Source: Candidatus Uhrbacteria bacterium (lineage in GTDB: Bacteria > Patescibacteriota > Patescibacteriia > JACPHY01). From it: DNA of 64,000 bases. The translations under genes were made by a program, and so were the position numbers. The notes under the pieces were generated by a model that worked only from the letters and a program-made list of their open reading frames with translations, was not told the DNA's origin and made no database searches. This document shows positions 9,255-18,825 of the stretch, in pieces (the stretch's first letter is position 1; every line of letters starts with the position of its first letter). The stretch lies in NCBI GenBank assembly GCA_016188355.1, contig JACPHY010000016.1, forward strand, positions 2,345 to 66,344. The letters run 5' to 3'.

Positions 9255-11315
9255 TCAAATATCCAAGTTTTTGACTGCCTTCGCGTGGGTCTGGATGAAT
9301 TTCTTTCTCGGCTCCACATCAGATCCCATGAGCACATCGAAGATGGCGTCCGCTTTTTGAGCATCGTCGACGGTGACGCGCTTGAGGACGCGACGTTCGG
9401 GGTCCATGGTGGTTTCCCAGAGCTGCTCCGGGTTCATTTCTCCCAACCCCTTGTATCGTTGAATCGATGCCTTGATTTCTGCGGGGATCTCCTCGTCCGT
9501 TTTTGCTTCCTTGTTTTTCCGCTCCTGCGTTTTTCCGTGCTTGCGTGATTCCTGGAGCTCGCGAAGGATATCATCGCGTTGGTGGTCGGAATACGCGTAC
9601 CGCACCTCCTTGCCCACCTGCACGCGGAAGAGCGGCGGCTGTGCGATGTAGAGATGGCCTTCGGTGATCACCTTGGAGAAATATCGCCAGAAGAGCGTGA
9701 GGAGGAGCGTGCGAATGTGTGCACCGTCCACGTCCGCATCGGTCGCGATGATGATGCGATCGTATCGGAGCTTTGCGATATCGAATTGTTCGCCGATGTT
9801 GGTGCCGAGCGCGATGATGAGTGACTTGATTTCGTTATTCGCCAGCATCTTGTCGATGCGTGCGCGTTCCACGTTGAGAATTTTTCCCCGGAGCGGAAGA
9901 ATCGCTTGGAATTCGCGATTGCGACCGGATTTCGCAGATCCTCCTGCGGAGTCACCCTCCACAATGAACATTTCGGAAACGCTGGGGTCACGAGATGAGC
10001 AGTCGGCGAGCTTCCCGGGGAGCGTGAGTCCTTCCAGTGCGCCCTTGCGGAGCACGGTGTCACGCGCCGCGCGTGCTGCCTTTCGGGCTTGCGCGGAGAG
10101 GAGACAGCGTCCAATGATCGACTCCGCGTCGCGGGGATGCTCTTCGAGGAATGCGGCGAACGAATCGCCCAATACCGTTGCGACCGCGGTTTGCGCTTCG
10201 GGGTTGCCGAGCTTCGCTTTCGTTTGCCCCTCAAACTGAGGATCTTTCACCTTGATGCTCACGATGGTGGTGAGTCCTTCGCGTACGTCTTCACCGGTGA
10301 GGTTCTCGTCTTTCTCTTTGAGCATCCCCTTCGCACGCGCGTACGCATTGAGCGTGCGGGTGAGCGCGGTGCGGAAGCCGGCGATGTGCGTGCCGCCCTC
10401 GGGGTTGAAAATGTTATTCGCAAACGCGAGCGCAGTTTCTTTGTAATCTTTCGTGTATTGCAGTGCGACCTCGACGTTGATTTCCTCCGCTTCTTTTTCC
10501 ACGTAGAAGACCGCATCCTGCGCGAGCTCTTTGCGGTGATTGAGGTGGCGCACGAATGCTGCAATGCCACCCTCGAAATGGAAGGTGTAGGTCGAGGTGA
10601 GGGGAACGGCGCCGGTGGCCTTGGGGTCAAATGCGGACTCCATGAATCGTTCCGCGAGTGCCGCATGGTTCCGGAGATCTTCCACGATGAGGGTGACGCC
10701 CTTCGTGAGGTACGCCTGCTGGCGAAGGTGGTCGAGGATCGTGGGGAGATCGAAGATGATCTCCGTGAAAATGGTGGGATCGGGATGAAACGTGACCGCC
10801 GTGCCCGTCCCGGGAAGCTGCGCGCGACCCACGGATTTCACCTTCCCCTGTGGAACGCCGCGGTGGTATTCCTGGACCCAGCGTTGCTTCTCCCGTTGCA
10901 CTTCTGCACGGAGCAGGGTGGAGAGCGCGTTCACCACGGAGACGCCCACGCCATGGAGTCCGCCGGAGACTTTGTAGCCGCCACCGCCGAACTTACCTCC
11001 CGCATGGAGCTTCGTCATGACGAGCTCTAGTGCCGAGGTTTTGAATTGCGGATGCGGATCCACGGGGATGCCGCGGCCGTCGTCGACGACCTGCACATAG
11101 TTGTCCGGCAGCATGCGCACGAGAATGCGCTTCGCGTGACCGGCCATGGCTTCATCGATGGAGTTGTCGACGACCTCCCAGACGAGATGATGCAGTCCCT
11201 GTGGTCCGGTGGAGCCGATGTACATTCCTGGGCGCTTCCGGACCGGATCGAGTCCCTCCAGCACGGTGATTTGCTGGGCAGTGTAGCCGGATTTTGGTGG
11301 AGTGGATTTGGGCAT
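9255..11315 (-). CDS. gyrB: DNA gyrase subunit B
   Basis: GHKL ATPase and TOPRIM motifs, C-terminal ...GLGEMNPEQLWETTMDP. Start placed at MPKSTPPKSGYTAQQI (internal Met of the ORF). Confidence 0.95.
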   Translation of the reverse strand: MPKSTPPKSGYTAQQITVLEGLDPVRKRPGMYIGSTGPQGLHHLVWEVVDNSIDEAMAGHAKRILVRMLPDNYVQVVDDGRGIPVDPHPQFKTSALELVMTKLHAGGKFGGGGYKVSGGLHGVGVSVVNALSTLLRAEVQREKQRWVQEYHRGVPQGKVKSVGRAQLPGTGTAVTFHPDPTIFTEIIFDLPTILDHLRQQAYLTKGVTLIVEDLRNHAALAERFMESAFDPKATGAVPLTSTYTFHFEGGIAAFVRHLNHRKELAQDAVFYVEKEAEEINVEVALQYTKDYKETALAFANNIFNPEGGTHIAGFRTALTRTLNAYARAKGMLKEKDENLTGEDVREGLTTIVSIKVKDPQFEGQTKAKLGNPEAQTAVATVLGDSFAAFLEEHPRDAESIIGRCLLSAQARKAARAARDTVLRKGALEGLTLPGKLADCSSRDPSVSEMFIVEGDSAGGSAKSGRNREFQAILPLRGKILNVERARIDKMLANNEIKSLIIALGTNIGEQFDIAKLRYDRIIIATDADVDGAHIRTLLLTLFWRYFSKVITEGHLYIAQPPLFRVQVGKEVRYAYSDHQRDDILRELQESRKHGKTQERKNKEAKTDEEIPAEIKASIQRYKGLGEMNPEQLWETTMDPERRVLKRVTVDDAQKADAIFDVLMGSDVEPRKKFIQTHAKAVKNLDI

Positions 11316-11410
11316 GCGTGAACAAAAATGACGATCCCCGTGGGGATCTGGAATCATCCACAGTGTACCAATGATTCCCGTGGCCGTTCAAGGGGGATTA
11401 TCATGCGGAG

Positions 11411-11439
11411 TTGACAAGAGAATGAGCCGCTGCTACGGT
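11411..11439 (+). promoter_or_regulatory. Putative promoter TTGACA-N17-TACGGT for the nfeD-flotillin operon
   Basis: Hexamers read directly. The same TACGGT -10 recurs at three other predicted promoters in this window. Confidence 0.4.
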
Positions 11440-11574
11440 CGCGACAGATCGTGGAGATGACGTCGGCGAGGAGTCTCGTCGAAAACTGCAGACGGCTTCA
11501 AGGCCGTCTGTGTGCGATCTCCGCTCGTTCACAATCCATGCGGCGTCTGACGCTGCAAAAGATCGGGGGTACCT

Positions 11575-12276
11575 ATGGAGTGGGCGTTCGCCTGGCAGAA
11601 TATCATCTTCCTCATCCCGCTCGTCTTCGGAGTGCTCATGGTCCTCGCGCAGGCGTTGGGTCTTCACGGGGATGGCGATACGGACGCGGACCATGATGTT
11701 GCGCACGATGCGCATGTGGGACATGAGCACGATGGGTCGAGTTCCGAGCAGCATCATGACACGCATCACGAGGGATTCGCCGCGAAAGCGCTCGGACTCC
11801 TTGGGGTGGGTCGTGTGCCGATGTCGACCATTCTCGCGTCATTGGGCCTGCTCTTCGGTGGTGTGGGCATCGGTATCAACCGGATGCTGGAATCCATACT
11901 GCCGGTTCCCATCGTGTACGGGATGATTTCAGTGGCGGTCGCTTCGGTGGCTGCGTTCATGGGAACGGGATTCATGGCTCGACTGATCGCACGGGTGCTT
12001 CCGAAGACGGAGACGTACTCGTTGCGGAAGGAGGGCTTGGTCGGGCGAACGGGTGAGCTCCTGTTTGGGATTAAGCCAGGCCAGGAGGGCGTGCTGTTGG
12101 TGCGGGATCCCTCGGGATCTCCGCATCAGGTGACCGCACGCCTAGAGCGGGCAGATCAATTCTTGCCGAAGGAGGCGAAGGTGCTCATCACGGGATACGA
12201 ACCGGAAGGGAACTGGTACCACGTGGTACCCGAGTCCGCGCTCTTCGAGGGTCGCTCCGGCGGAGCGACTTCCTAA
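11575..12276 (+). CDS. NfeD-like membrane protein (YqiJ-type; OB-fold C-terminus) with His/Asp-rich loop
   Basis: N-terminal TM helices, HxDxDxH-rich segment, C-terminal beta-rich domain; immediately upstream of the flotillin gene, the classical pairing. Confidence 0.65.
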   Translation: MEWAFAWQNIIFLIPLVFGVLMVLAQALGLHGDGDTDADHDVAHDAHVGHEHDGSSSEQHHDTHHEGFAAKALGLLGVGRVPMSTILASLGLLFGGVGIGINRMLESILPVPIVYGMISVAVASVAAFMGTGFMARLIARVLPKTETYSLRKEGLVGRTGELLFGIKPGQEGVLLVRDPSGSPHQVTARLERADQFLPKEAKVLITGYEPEGNWYHVVPESALFEGRSGGATS

Positions 12277-12335
12277 ATGCGCCGCGCAGACGTGGTGCAG
12301 GCAATCAGCAGGAACAAGAAGGAGGATATCTAGTC

Positions 12336-14216
12336 ATGGGTGGAATCATTGGCGCGCTCATCGTGTTCGGTCTCGCGCTCCTCGGTGTGGGGGTTGCGGG
12401 AAGTTCGTTCGGGCTTCCGATCAGCGGTCTCTCCGCGTTGGTCATGATTCTCGCGGGCATCGCATCGCTCGTCGTGGGAGCGATTCTCGCGACGATTTCT
12501 CGGCTCTACGTGCGGACGGGTGCGGATGTCGCACTCGTGAAGACGGGCCTCGGGGGACTCAAGGTCATCAAGGACGGTGGCGCAGTCATCGTGCCCATGG
12601 TGCATCAGGTCATCCGGGTGCCGTTGCGGACGTTCCGGCTCAAGGTCGTGCGCAATGGCGCCGAAGCGCTCCTCACGCAGAACAAGCTGCGGGCGGATGT
12701 CGAGGCTGAGTTCTTCATCAAGGTGCAACCGACCGACGAGCAGATCACTGCAGCGGCGCGCTCCATGGGTGATCGCACTGCGGATGAGAACAGCCTCATG
12801 CAGCTCCTCGGCGACAAGCTCGTCTCCGCGCTCCGGACCGTTGCGGCCCGGAAGACGCTCGAGCAGCTCAATGCGGAACGCGAAGAGTTCGTCGAGGCGG
12901 TCATCCAGGGCGTTCGGGCGGATCTCGAGCACAACGGGTTCACCCTGGAGTCGGTCACGATCTCGAAGCTCGACCAGGCGGACACGACGCAGCTCAACGC
13001 GAGGAACGTGTTCGATGCGGAAGGTCTCCTCACGATCACGAAAATCGCGGAGGAGAAGCTCACGGAGCGGAACGCGATCGAGCAGGAGCGCAAGCGCGAG
13101 CGGCTACAGCAGGACGTCGAAGCACAGAAGAAGATGCTCGCGCTCCAGCAGCAGCAGGCAGAAGCGCAGGCGGACCAGAGCGCGAAGATCGCGGCGGCGA
13201 GGTCGGCGCAAGAACGAGCGGAAAAGGAGGCGGAGATCGCGAAGGATCGCGCCGTCGCCGAGCTCGACTACAAGCGCCAGCAGGCGGTCGAGGTGGCGAA
13301 GCAGCAGGCCGAGCAAGCGGCGGAAGTCGCGGACCAGGAGCGCCAGCAGGCGGTCGAGGTCGCGCAGCGCGAGCGACAGATCGCAGTGGCCGACAAGGAG
13401 CGAGAGCGCGCCGAAGCGGAAACGAAGCGCCTCACCGCGATCAAGCTCCAGGAAACGGAGTCGCAGGCCGTCGAAACCGTGAAGGTCGAGGCGGCGGCAG
13501 AGCGGGCGAAGAAGCAGGCGATCATCGGCGCGGAGGCCGAAGCAGAGACGAAGCTGGTCGTTGCCCAGAAGGCGGCAGATGCGGAAGCGTACAAGACGAA
13601 GGCGCTTGCGGATGGCAAGAAGGCGGCGGCCGATGCGGACGCGGAGGCTATTCGCAAGAAGGCGGGGGCAGAGGCAGAGGCTGCGAAGCTCAAGTCGGAA
13701 GGCGACAAGGCCACTGCGCTCGTGCCGATCGAGGTGCAGCGACAGCAGGTCGAGATCACGAAGCAGCAGGCCATGATCCCCGTGAATGTTGCTGCGGCGC
13801 AGGTCACCGTCGACAAGGATCGGGTCGAGCAGGTGCTCAAGCCGGAGCTCGAGGCGCGCGACAGGTCCGGCAAGGCAGCACAGGAATTCGAGCTCGAGCA
13901 GCTGCGCATCAAGGGTCAGGTGGAGGTGCAGATCGCGGCGGCGCATGCGGCCGGCGCGTTCGGTGGCAGGGTCAACATGACCCTCTTCGGGACCGCGGAG
14001 GATGCCGCGAAGATGCAGGCGGGACTCGTGCGTGGCGCGGCGTTCGCGCGCACGCTGGACGGATTCCTCGGTGCTGCGAATGGTAACGGCGGCGGTTCCG
14101 CCCTGAAGCTCCTCGGCGCGGTTGCTGGGCATCTCGGCATCGACACGTCCGAGTTGCTCGGCAACAAGGACGCGAACGGCCACTCGAAGCCGGAGACGCC
14201 CGCGCAGCCGAGCTAG
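12336..14216 (+). CDS. Flotillin-like SPFH/band-7 protein (YqiK/FloT-type) with long E/A/Q-rich coiled coil
   Basis: N-terminal TM, SPFH core, then roughly 300-aa coiled-coil repeats (QQAVEVA... repeated at DNA level). Confidence 0.8.
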   Translation: MGGIIGALIVFGLALLGVGVAGSSFGLPISGLSALVMILAGIASLVVGAILATISRLYVRTGADVALVKTGLGGLKVIKDGGAVIVPMVHQVIRVPLRTFRLKVVRNGAEALLTQNKLRADVEAEFFIKVQPTDEQITAAARSMGDRTADENSLMQLLGDKLVSALRTVAARKTLEQLNAEREEFVEAVIQGVRADLEHNGFTLESVTISKLDQADTTQLNARNVFDAEGLLTITKIAEEKLTERNAIEQERKRERLQQDVEAQKKMLALQQQQAEAQADQSAKIAAARSAQERAEKEAEIAKDRAVAELDYKRQQAVEVAKQQAEQAAEVADQERQQAVEVAQRERQIAVADKERERAEAETKRLTAIKLQETESQAVETVKVEAAAERAKKQAIIGAEAEAETKLVVAQKAADAEAYKTKALADGKKAAADADAEAIRKKAGAEAEAAKLKSEGDKATALVPIEVQRQQVEITKQQAMIPVNVAAAQVTVDKDRVEQVLKPELEARDRSGKAAQEFELEQLRIKGQVEVQIAAAHAAGAFGGRVNMTLFGTAEDAAKMQAGLVRGAAFARTLDGFLGAANGNGGGSALKLLGAVAGHLGIDTSELLGNKDANGHSKPETPAQPS

Positions 14217-14294
14217 GCGACTGATCGACATGATGTCGTGCGCCCCCCGATTCGTTCGGGGGGCGCATTTACTGAAGAAGGAGGAAAGAGAATC

Positions 14295-14882
14295 ATGATC
14301 AGCAACCGTCAGCGAGATCCGGCCTTGCCAAAGCCGCCGCGACTACCCACTGCTCCTGCGACTGCGAAAGCGGTCGCGCCGCCCCCGTCGCCGGTCGCGG
14401 CAACGGGCGCTCGTCGCGCGCGCCTGGGAGACGGCATCCGTTCCGGAACGAAGTTCGTACCACATCCGCCCTCGACGATCGTTGTCGCGTGTGCGGACGG
14501 ACGGTACACGGTGAATGACGCGGACTTGCTCGAGGCGCTCAAGATTCCGGAGCCGCCGGATCGACAATCGCCTGCGGGTGGTCCGGCAACGTACCATGCG
14601 CTCTCGTGCCATCGGCACGCGGATCGGGAACGTGGACTCAATCGTCTCGCATTCCTCGTGGAACACCATGCGACGCAGCGGATCATTCTCGTGAATCACG
14701 AGGACTGTGCGCACTACAAATCGAAGTTCGCCCAGGACACGCCAGAGCGACGTCGTCAGCGACAGCTCGATGATCTCCTGGAAGTGCGCGCGGAGCTCCG
14801 ACGGCTGCATCCCGCAATCCGCGTGGATTGCTATTTCGCTCGCGCGCTCGAAGGATATGTGACGTTCTTCGTGGTGCAGTAA
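14295..14882 (+). CDS. Hypothetical protein with beta-carbonic-anhydrase-like zinc-site signature (CADGR...HEDC); Pro-rich N-terminus
   Basis: AGGAGG RBS before the internal Met MISNRQ. Motifs VVACADGR and NHEDCAHY resemble the CxDxR / HxxC ligand pattern; weak inference. Confidence 0.45.
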   Translation: MISNRQRDPALPKPPRLPTAPATAKAVAPPPSPVAATGARRARLGDGIRSGTKFVPHPPSTIVVACADGRYTVNDADLLEALKIPEPPDRQSPAGGPATYHALSCHRHADRERGLNRLAFLVEHHATQRIILVNHEDCAHYKSKFAQDTPERRRQRQLDDLLEVRAELRRLHPAIRVDCYFARALEGYVTFFVVQ

Positions 14883-14961
14883 TGCAATGCGGGGCTTAAC
14901 TTTTCCGCTGAGCTGTGCAACGATCGTAGTGCGCAAGGACAGCTGCGCAGAGGAGGTTTCG

Positions 14962-15201
14962 ATGTTCTGGAGGTTCTTGATCATGGCGGGCACTGGAGCG
15001 GTTGCCGCGCTGCAGATTTCGGATGACACGAAGTCCAAGGTTCGGGAGGCGGGCAGGGCGGTGAAGGGCGATCTCGCGAAACAGTTCGATCCGGTGGTCC
15101 GTACCGTGAGGGAGTTCTGGGGCGAGGCGGTGCATGGCGAGCCGTCGCAGCCGAAATCCAAGCAGCCGGAGCGGCCGCCGAAGGGTCCGCAGCCCTCGTA
15201 A
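14962..15201 (+). CDS. Small membrane-anchored hypothetical protein
   Basis: GAGGAGG RBS before MFWRFLIMAGTGAVAAL; 79 aa. Confidence 0.5.
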   Translation: MFWRFLIMAGTGAVAALQISDDTKSKVREAGRAVKGDLAKQFDPVVRTVREFWGEAVHGEPSQPKSKQPERPPKGPQPS

Positions 15202-15291
15202 GGATCGGTTCGTGGTACTGGCGGAGTTCTCTCCAAAGAGAACTCCGCCTTTTCGTTCCTCGGTCATTTCGCGGTACAATGGGAAAAATAA

Positions 15292-16209
15292 TTGCCTATG
15301 GATTCGTCATTTGGAGGAAGAGATCGGATTACCGATCGACAGCTCCGCTGGGGGGCGTGGTATGTGGAGCATCGGGCGCAGCTGCAGCGACTCGGTCGGT
15401 GGATTGCGATTGGGGTGACCACGATGATCGGATTGTACGCATTGTGGCGATTGACGTGGTACGGGGCAGTCGAGTGGCCCCGTTTTCTCCGGAGTGCTCG
15501 CGTATGGTCTACGCCGAATAATGCACGAGGGACGTACGTGGCACAGCTCCGTCCGAAGCCCCCGGTGCTTGGCGAGGTGATGTTGATTGCGAATGGCGGA
15601 ACGAGCTACGATGCCGTCGCACAGGTGTCGAATCCGAATGCGAGATGGGTCGGCATCATGACCTATGAGCTCGAAGTGCCGGGCGCAGAACCGCAGGTTC
15701 TGCGTACGACATTACTCCCCGGGCGAGATCGCTGGATTACGCGTTTGAATGCGGTCTCGACTACGAATCCGACCCGTGCAACACTCGTGATTCGGGAGAC
15801 GGTGTGGGAACGGATTTCGCTGGAGGCATCCCGTGATCCGGAGCGATACGTGAGCGATCGGCTACGGGTGGAGATTGTGGATCCGAAATTCGTTCCTCCC
15901 GCCGCGCTGGTCTTGCAGACGGGGACCCCGTCGGTCGCGGTTTCTGGTGGAGCTCCCGTCCGCATATCACGCGCCACGTTCGGCGTGCGGAACACGAGTG
16001 CGTACACATTCCGAGAATTAGAGCTCGACATTCTTCTCCGGAGAGGATCGGGCATCGTGGGGGTGAATCGGGTGACCATTAGCGACCTCGTTCCGGGCGA
16101 GCAGCGCGCGGTAGCTGCGACGTGGTTCCAGCCACTCGGGCTCGTGCAGTCAGTGGAGGTTATTCCTTATACGGATGTCTTCAATCCGGGATCGTTTGTC
16201 ACTCGATGA
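15292..16209 (+). CDS. Hypothetical membrane protein upstream of the SEDS-family gene
   Basis: 305-aa ORF with an N-terminal TM segment; no family recognised. Confidence 0.5.
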   Translation: MPMDSSFGGRDRITDRQLRWGAWYVEHRAQLQRLGRWIAIGVTTMIGLYALWRLTWYGAVEWPRFLRSARVWSTPNNARGTYVAQLRPKPPVLGEVMLIANGGTSYDAVAQVSNPNARWVGIMTYELEVPGAEPQVLRTTLLPGRDRWITRLNAVSTTNPTRATLVIRETVWERISLEASRDPERYVSDRLRVEIVDPKFVPPAALVLQTGTPSVAVSGGAPVRISRATFGVRNTSAYTFRELELDILLRRGSGIVGVNRVTISDLVPGEQRAVAATWFQPLGLVQSVEVIPYTDVFNPGSFVTR

Positions 16210-17395
16210 TTGTGTATCTGTGGTTGAACATCTCCGTGCGTTGTGGTCGCGATTGGATAGTGTGCTCATGGCCGCGTTGGCGTTGCTCGCGACCTTCGGG
16301 CTGGTCGGTCTCTCGAGCCTCGCGTTGCGTGGTCATGCGCCAGATTTTTCCGTGGTCATGCGCCAGGGAGTTGCTTTGGGATTGGGCGTCATCGCGTTTT
16401 TCGTCGTTGCTCGAATTGATTGGCGTGCATGGGAGCGATGGTGGCCATTCGTGGCGGTCGGTACCCTCAGCGTGCTGATCGCGGTCTTGGTGGTGGGTGC
16501 TCGCGTGCATGGGACACGGGGATGGCTCACGATTGGGTCCTGGACGCTCCAGCCGGTGGAGTTTGCGAAAATAGGTTTGATCGTACTGCAGGCGGTTTAT
16601 TTTCGTCGGCGCGCGCGGTCACTTGGGCGTCTTCGGACGATTCTGGAGAGTGCGGCGATTACTGCGGTCATTGTCGTCCCAGTGCTTTTGCAGCCGGATT
16701 TGGGTTCCGCATTGGTGCTCCTCGCGACCTGGTTTGGCATGCTGCTCGTTTTGGGACTGCGCCGTGCGCATCTTCTCATGTTTGCGTTGGGTGCCTTCGC
16801 AGCAGCGGTGGTGGCGTGGTTTACGGTATTGCAGCCATACCAACGCGAGCGGATGCTCACGTTCCTCGATCCGAATCGCGATCCGCAGGGCGCGGGGTAC
16901 AATCAACGGCAAGCGGTGATTGCGATTGGCGCGGGAGGGTGGTTGGGGCGTGGATTCGGCCAGGGCACACAAGCGCAATTGCGGTTTCTCCCGGAGGCGC
17001 AATCGGATTTTTTGCCTGCGGTGGTAGGGGAGGAGTTCGGTTTTTTGGGAATGGCGGTGCTGGTGGTGTGTCTTTTGGCTATTGCGATTCGTTTGGGTTT
17101 GCTGGCGCGTCGATGCCCAGATGATGCCTCCGCAGCATTGGTGGTCGGCATCGCGATCTGTTTTGGGGTGCAGTCGGCATTCAATCTTGCCATGAATCTC
17201 GGTGTGGCTCCGGTGATGGGCGTGCCCTTCCCTTTTGTGAGTGCGGGCGGTAGTGCGATCCTTGCGTTTGCGTGCGCATTTGGTATGGTGTCGAGCATTG
17301 CGGCGACGGTGCCGCGCGCGGAACCGCGAGCGTATGCATTTGATGTACTTGCTTCGGTCCGTGATGCTCATGGGACATCAGAGAGGTGTGGATGA
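16175..17395 (+). CDS. SEDS-family peptidoglycan polymerase (RodA/FtsW)
   Basis: About 10 TM segments and conserved motifs (QPVEFAKIGLIV, FLPEAQSDFLPAVVGEEFGFLG); 35-nt overlap with the upstream gene. Confidence 0.8.
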   Translation: MSSIRDRLSLDDCVSVVEHLRALWSRLDSVLMAALALLATFGLVGLSSLALRGHAPDFSVVMRQGVALGLGVIAFFVVARIDWRAWERWWPFVAVGTLSVLIAVLVVGARVHGTRGWLTIGSWTLQPVEFAKIGLIVLQAVYFRRRARSLGRLRTILESAAITAVIVVPVLLQPDLGSALVLLATWFGMLLVLGLRRAHLLMFALGAFAAAVVAWFTVLQPYQRERMLTFLDPNRDPQGAGYNQRQAVIAIGAGGWLGRGFGQGTQAQLRFLPEAQSDFLPAVVGEEFGFLGMAVLVVCLLAIAIRLGLLARRCPDDASAALVVGIAICFGVQSAFNLAMNLGVAPVMGVPFPFVSAGGSAILAFACAFGMVSSIAATVPRAEPRAYAFDVLASVRDAHGTSERCG

Positions 17396-17447
17396 CGGTG
17401 GGCATGGTATACTCGTGCGGTGACGCGTTATTTCCAGCCGGTCCCTT

Positions 17448-17789
17448 ATGCGTGCGAATCGACGACCTCCACAGTTTATCCAAGAGAGCCTCCGCCTCAT
17501 CTCATACTGTCCGGTGTGTGACACGAGCTACAACCCGATGGAGGCGCGAGTGATTGAAGATCGAGGCGATCAACACCTCATGCATATTCGGTGCAAGAAG
17601 TGCGCGCATTCTATTTTGGCGCTCGTGCTCACGAGCGGCATGGGGGTGAGTTCGATGGGTCTCCTCACGGATCTCGCATTTGAAGATGTGCTCAAATTTC
17701 GAGATGCGGCACCACTCACCCTAGATGACGTGATTGGATTTCACGAGCACTTGGAGGCGCAGGAGCGTGCCCCGAAAGAGCGGACATGA
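17448..17789 (+). CDS. Zinc-ribbon hypothetical protein (CPVC...CKKC)
   Basis: 113-aa ORF with two CxxC pairs. Confidence 0.45.
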   Translation: MRANRRPPQFIQESLRLISYCPVCDTSYNPMEARVIEDRGDQHLMHIRCKKCAHSILALVLTSGMGVSSMGLLTDLAFEDVLKFRDAAPLTLDDVIGFHEHLEAQERAPKERT

Positions 17790-17950
17790 TGCTGCATGAT
17801 CGTTCTTGTGCGGATCAGGGAACGGTGAGCGCTCGGGCGGATCGCGGAAGAAATGTTCGTGTGCGGCGGTAGGACTGGTGGATGGGCCATTGACAGGGAA
17901 ACGGGAGTTCGGTACGCTACCGATGTGCATCCGCGCGTACGGCGTGTTTC

Positions 17951-18125
17951 GGACCTATCGCCGAATGCCATTCCTGCTGCGAACGGCGATATTCGGCCGG
18001 AATCACCTCACCGGATATTGGCGTACCTTCCCAGTACGCCGGCAATCTGGATTCGGCGATTCCGTCTCGAATCTCGCCGTTCTCGCGACGGAAGCGCATT
18101 CGGCGATAGGTCCTTTTTGTTTTCC
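17951..18125 (+). ncRNA. Structured element A: 18-bp perfect outer stem enclosing a second 8-bp stem and three hairpins, ending in a U-tract, immediately upstream of the L25 gene
   Basis: ggacctatcgccgaatgc (17951-17968) pairs exactly with gcattcggcgataggtcc (18096-18113), followed by tttttgttttcc. Inner pairs gaacggcg/cgccgttc, gcgtac/gtacgc and cggcga/tcgccg. Confidence 0.4.
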
Positions 18126-18156
18126 GGCGCGTCGATGATTCGACGCATGTAACATT

Positions 18157-18810
18157 ATGGCTACGCATACTCTTGCAGCGACCCCTCGAACGGTATTGGG
18201 TCGAAAGGTGAATCAGCTGCGACGCTCGGGATCTATTCCGGCCGTCATTTACGGACACGGGGTGCCCGCACGTTCGTTGACCGTTTCTGCTGTAGAATTT
18301 CAGCGCCTGGAACGTTCCGCACCTGGTGCGGCATTGCTTGATCTGGCCATTGAAGGCGGAGCTCCGGTGAAGGCGCTCCTCCAGGAGGTGGCACGACATC
18401 CGGTGCACGGTCAGGTGGTTCATATTGATTTTCGGGAGGTATCGATGACCGAAGAAGTGGAGACGCAGATTCCGCTTCGTTTTACGGGCACTGCCCCGGT
18501 GCTTTCGGATGGATCGTACGTGCTGGTGAAGCAGCTCGATCATTTGGATGTTCGTGCCTTGCCCGGAGCACTCGTGGAGGAGATTGTGATCGACCTCGCG
18601 TCCTTGGTCACGGGAGACGACCTGATCGCCATTCGTGATATCGCCCTGCCTCCTGGCATTACGGCGGAACATGAACCGGAGGACATCGTGGTTTCGGTGA
18701 CGGAGGTGCAGGAGGAGGCGGTGGCTCCGGTCGCCGAGGTGAGTCCTGCTGATGTTCCGGTAGTGGAGAAGAAGGAGAAGGCGAAAGAAGATGAAGGAAG
18801 CGAGAAGTAA
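18157..18810 (+). CDS. rplY: 50S ribosomal protein L25 / general stress protein Ctc (long form)
   Basis: Begins MATHTLAATPRTVLGRKVNQLRRSGSIPAVIYG, canonical L25 start; acidic C-terminal extension. Confidence 0.85.
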   Translation: MATHTLAATPRTVLGRKVNQLRRSGSIPAVIYGHGVPARSLTVSAVEFQRLERSAPGAALLDLAIEGGAPVKALLQEVARHPVHGQVVHIDFREVSMTEEVETQIPLRFTGTAPVLSDGSYVLVKQLDHLDVRALPGALVEEIVIDLASLVTGDDLIAIRDIALPPGITAEHEPEDIVVSVTEVQEEAVAPVAEVSPADVPVVEKKEKAKEDEGSEK

Positions 18811-18825
18811 TACCTGCAGCATAGC

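Noticed and set aside
9285-11030. Several plus-strand ORFs (87-313 aa)
   Set aside because: Antisense to gyrB.
12577-14231. Plus-strand Arg/Ser-rich 301-aa frame and 375-aa minus-strand ORF
   Set aside because: Alternative or antisense frames of the repetitive flotillin coiled-coil coding region; GC-rich repeats keep several frames open.
16619-17371. 250-aa minus-strand ORF
   Set aside because: Antisense to the SEDS-family (RodA/FtsW) gene.
17806-18152. Overlapping plus-strand ORFs of 110 and 99 aa
   Set aside because: They cover the structured inverted-repeat element A and have no RBS or motifs; the region is more likely RNA.
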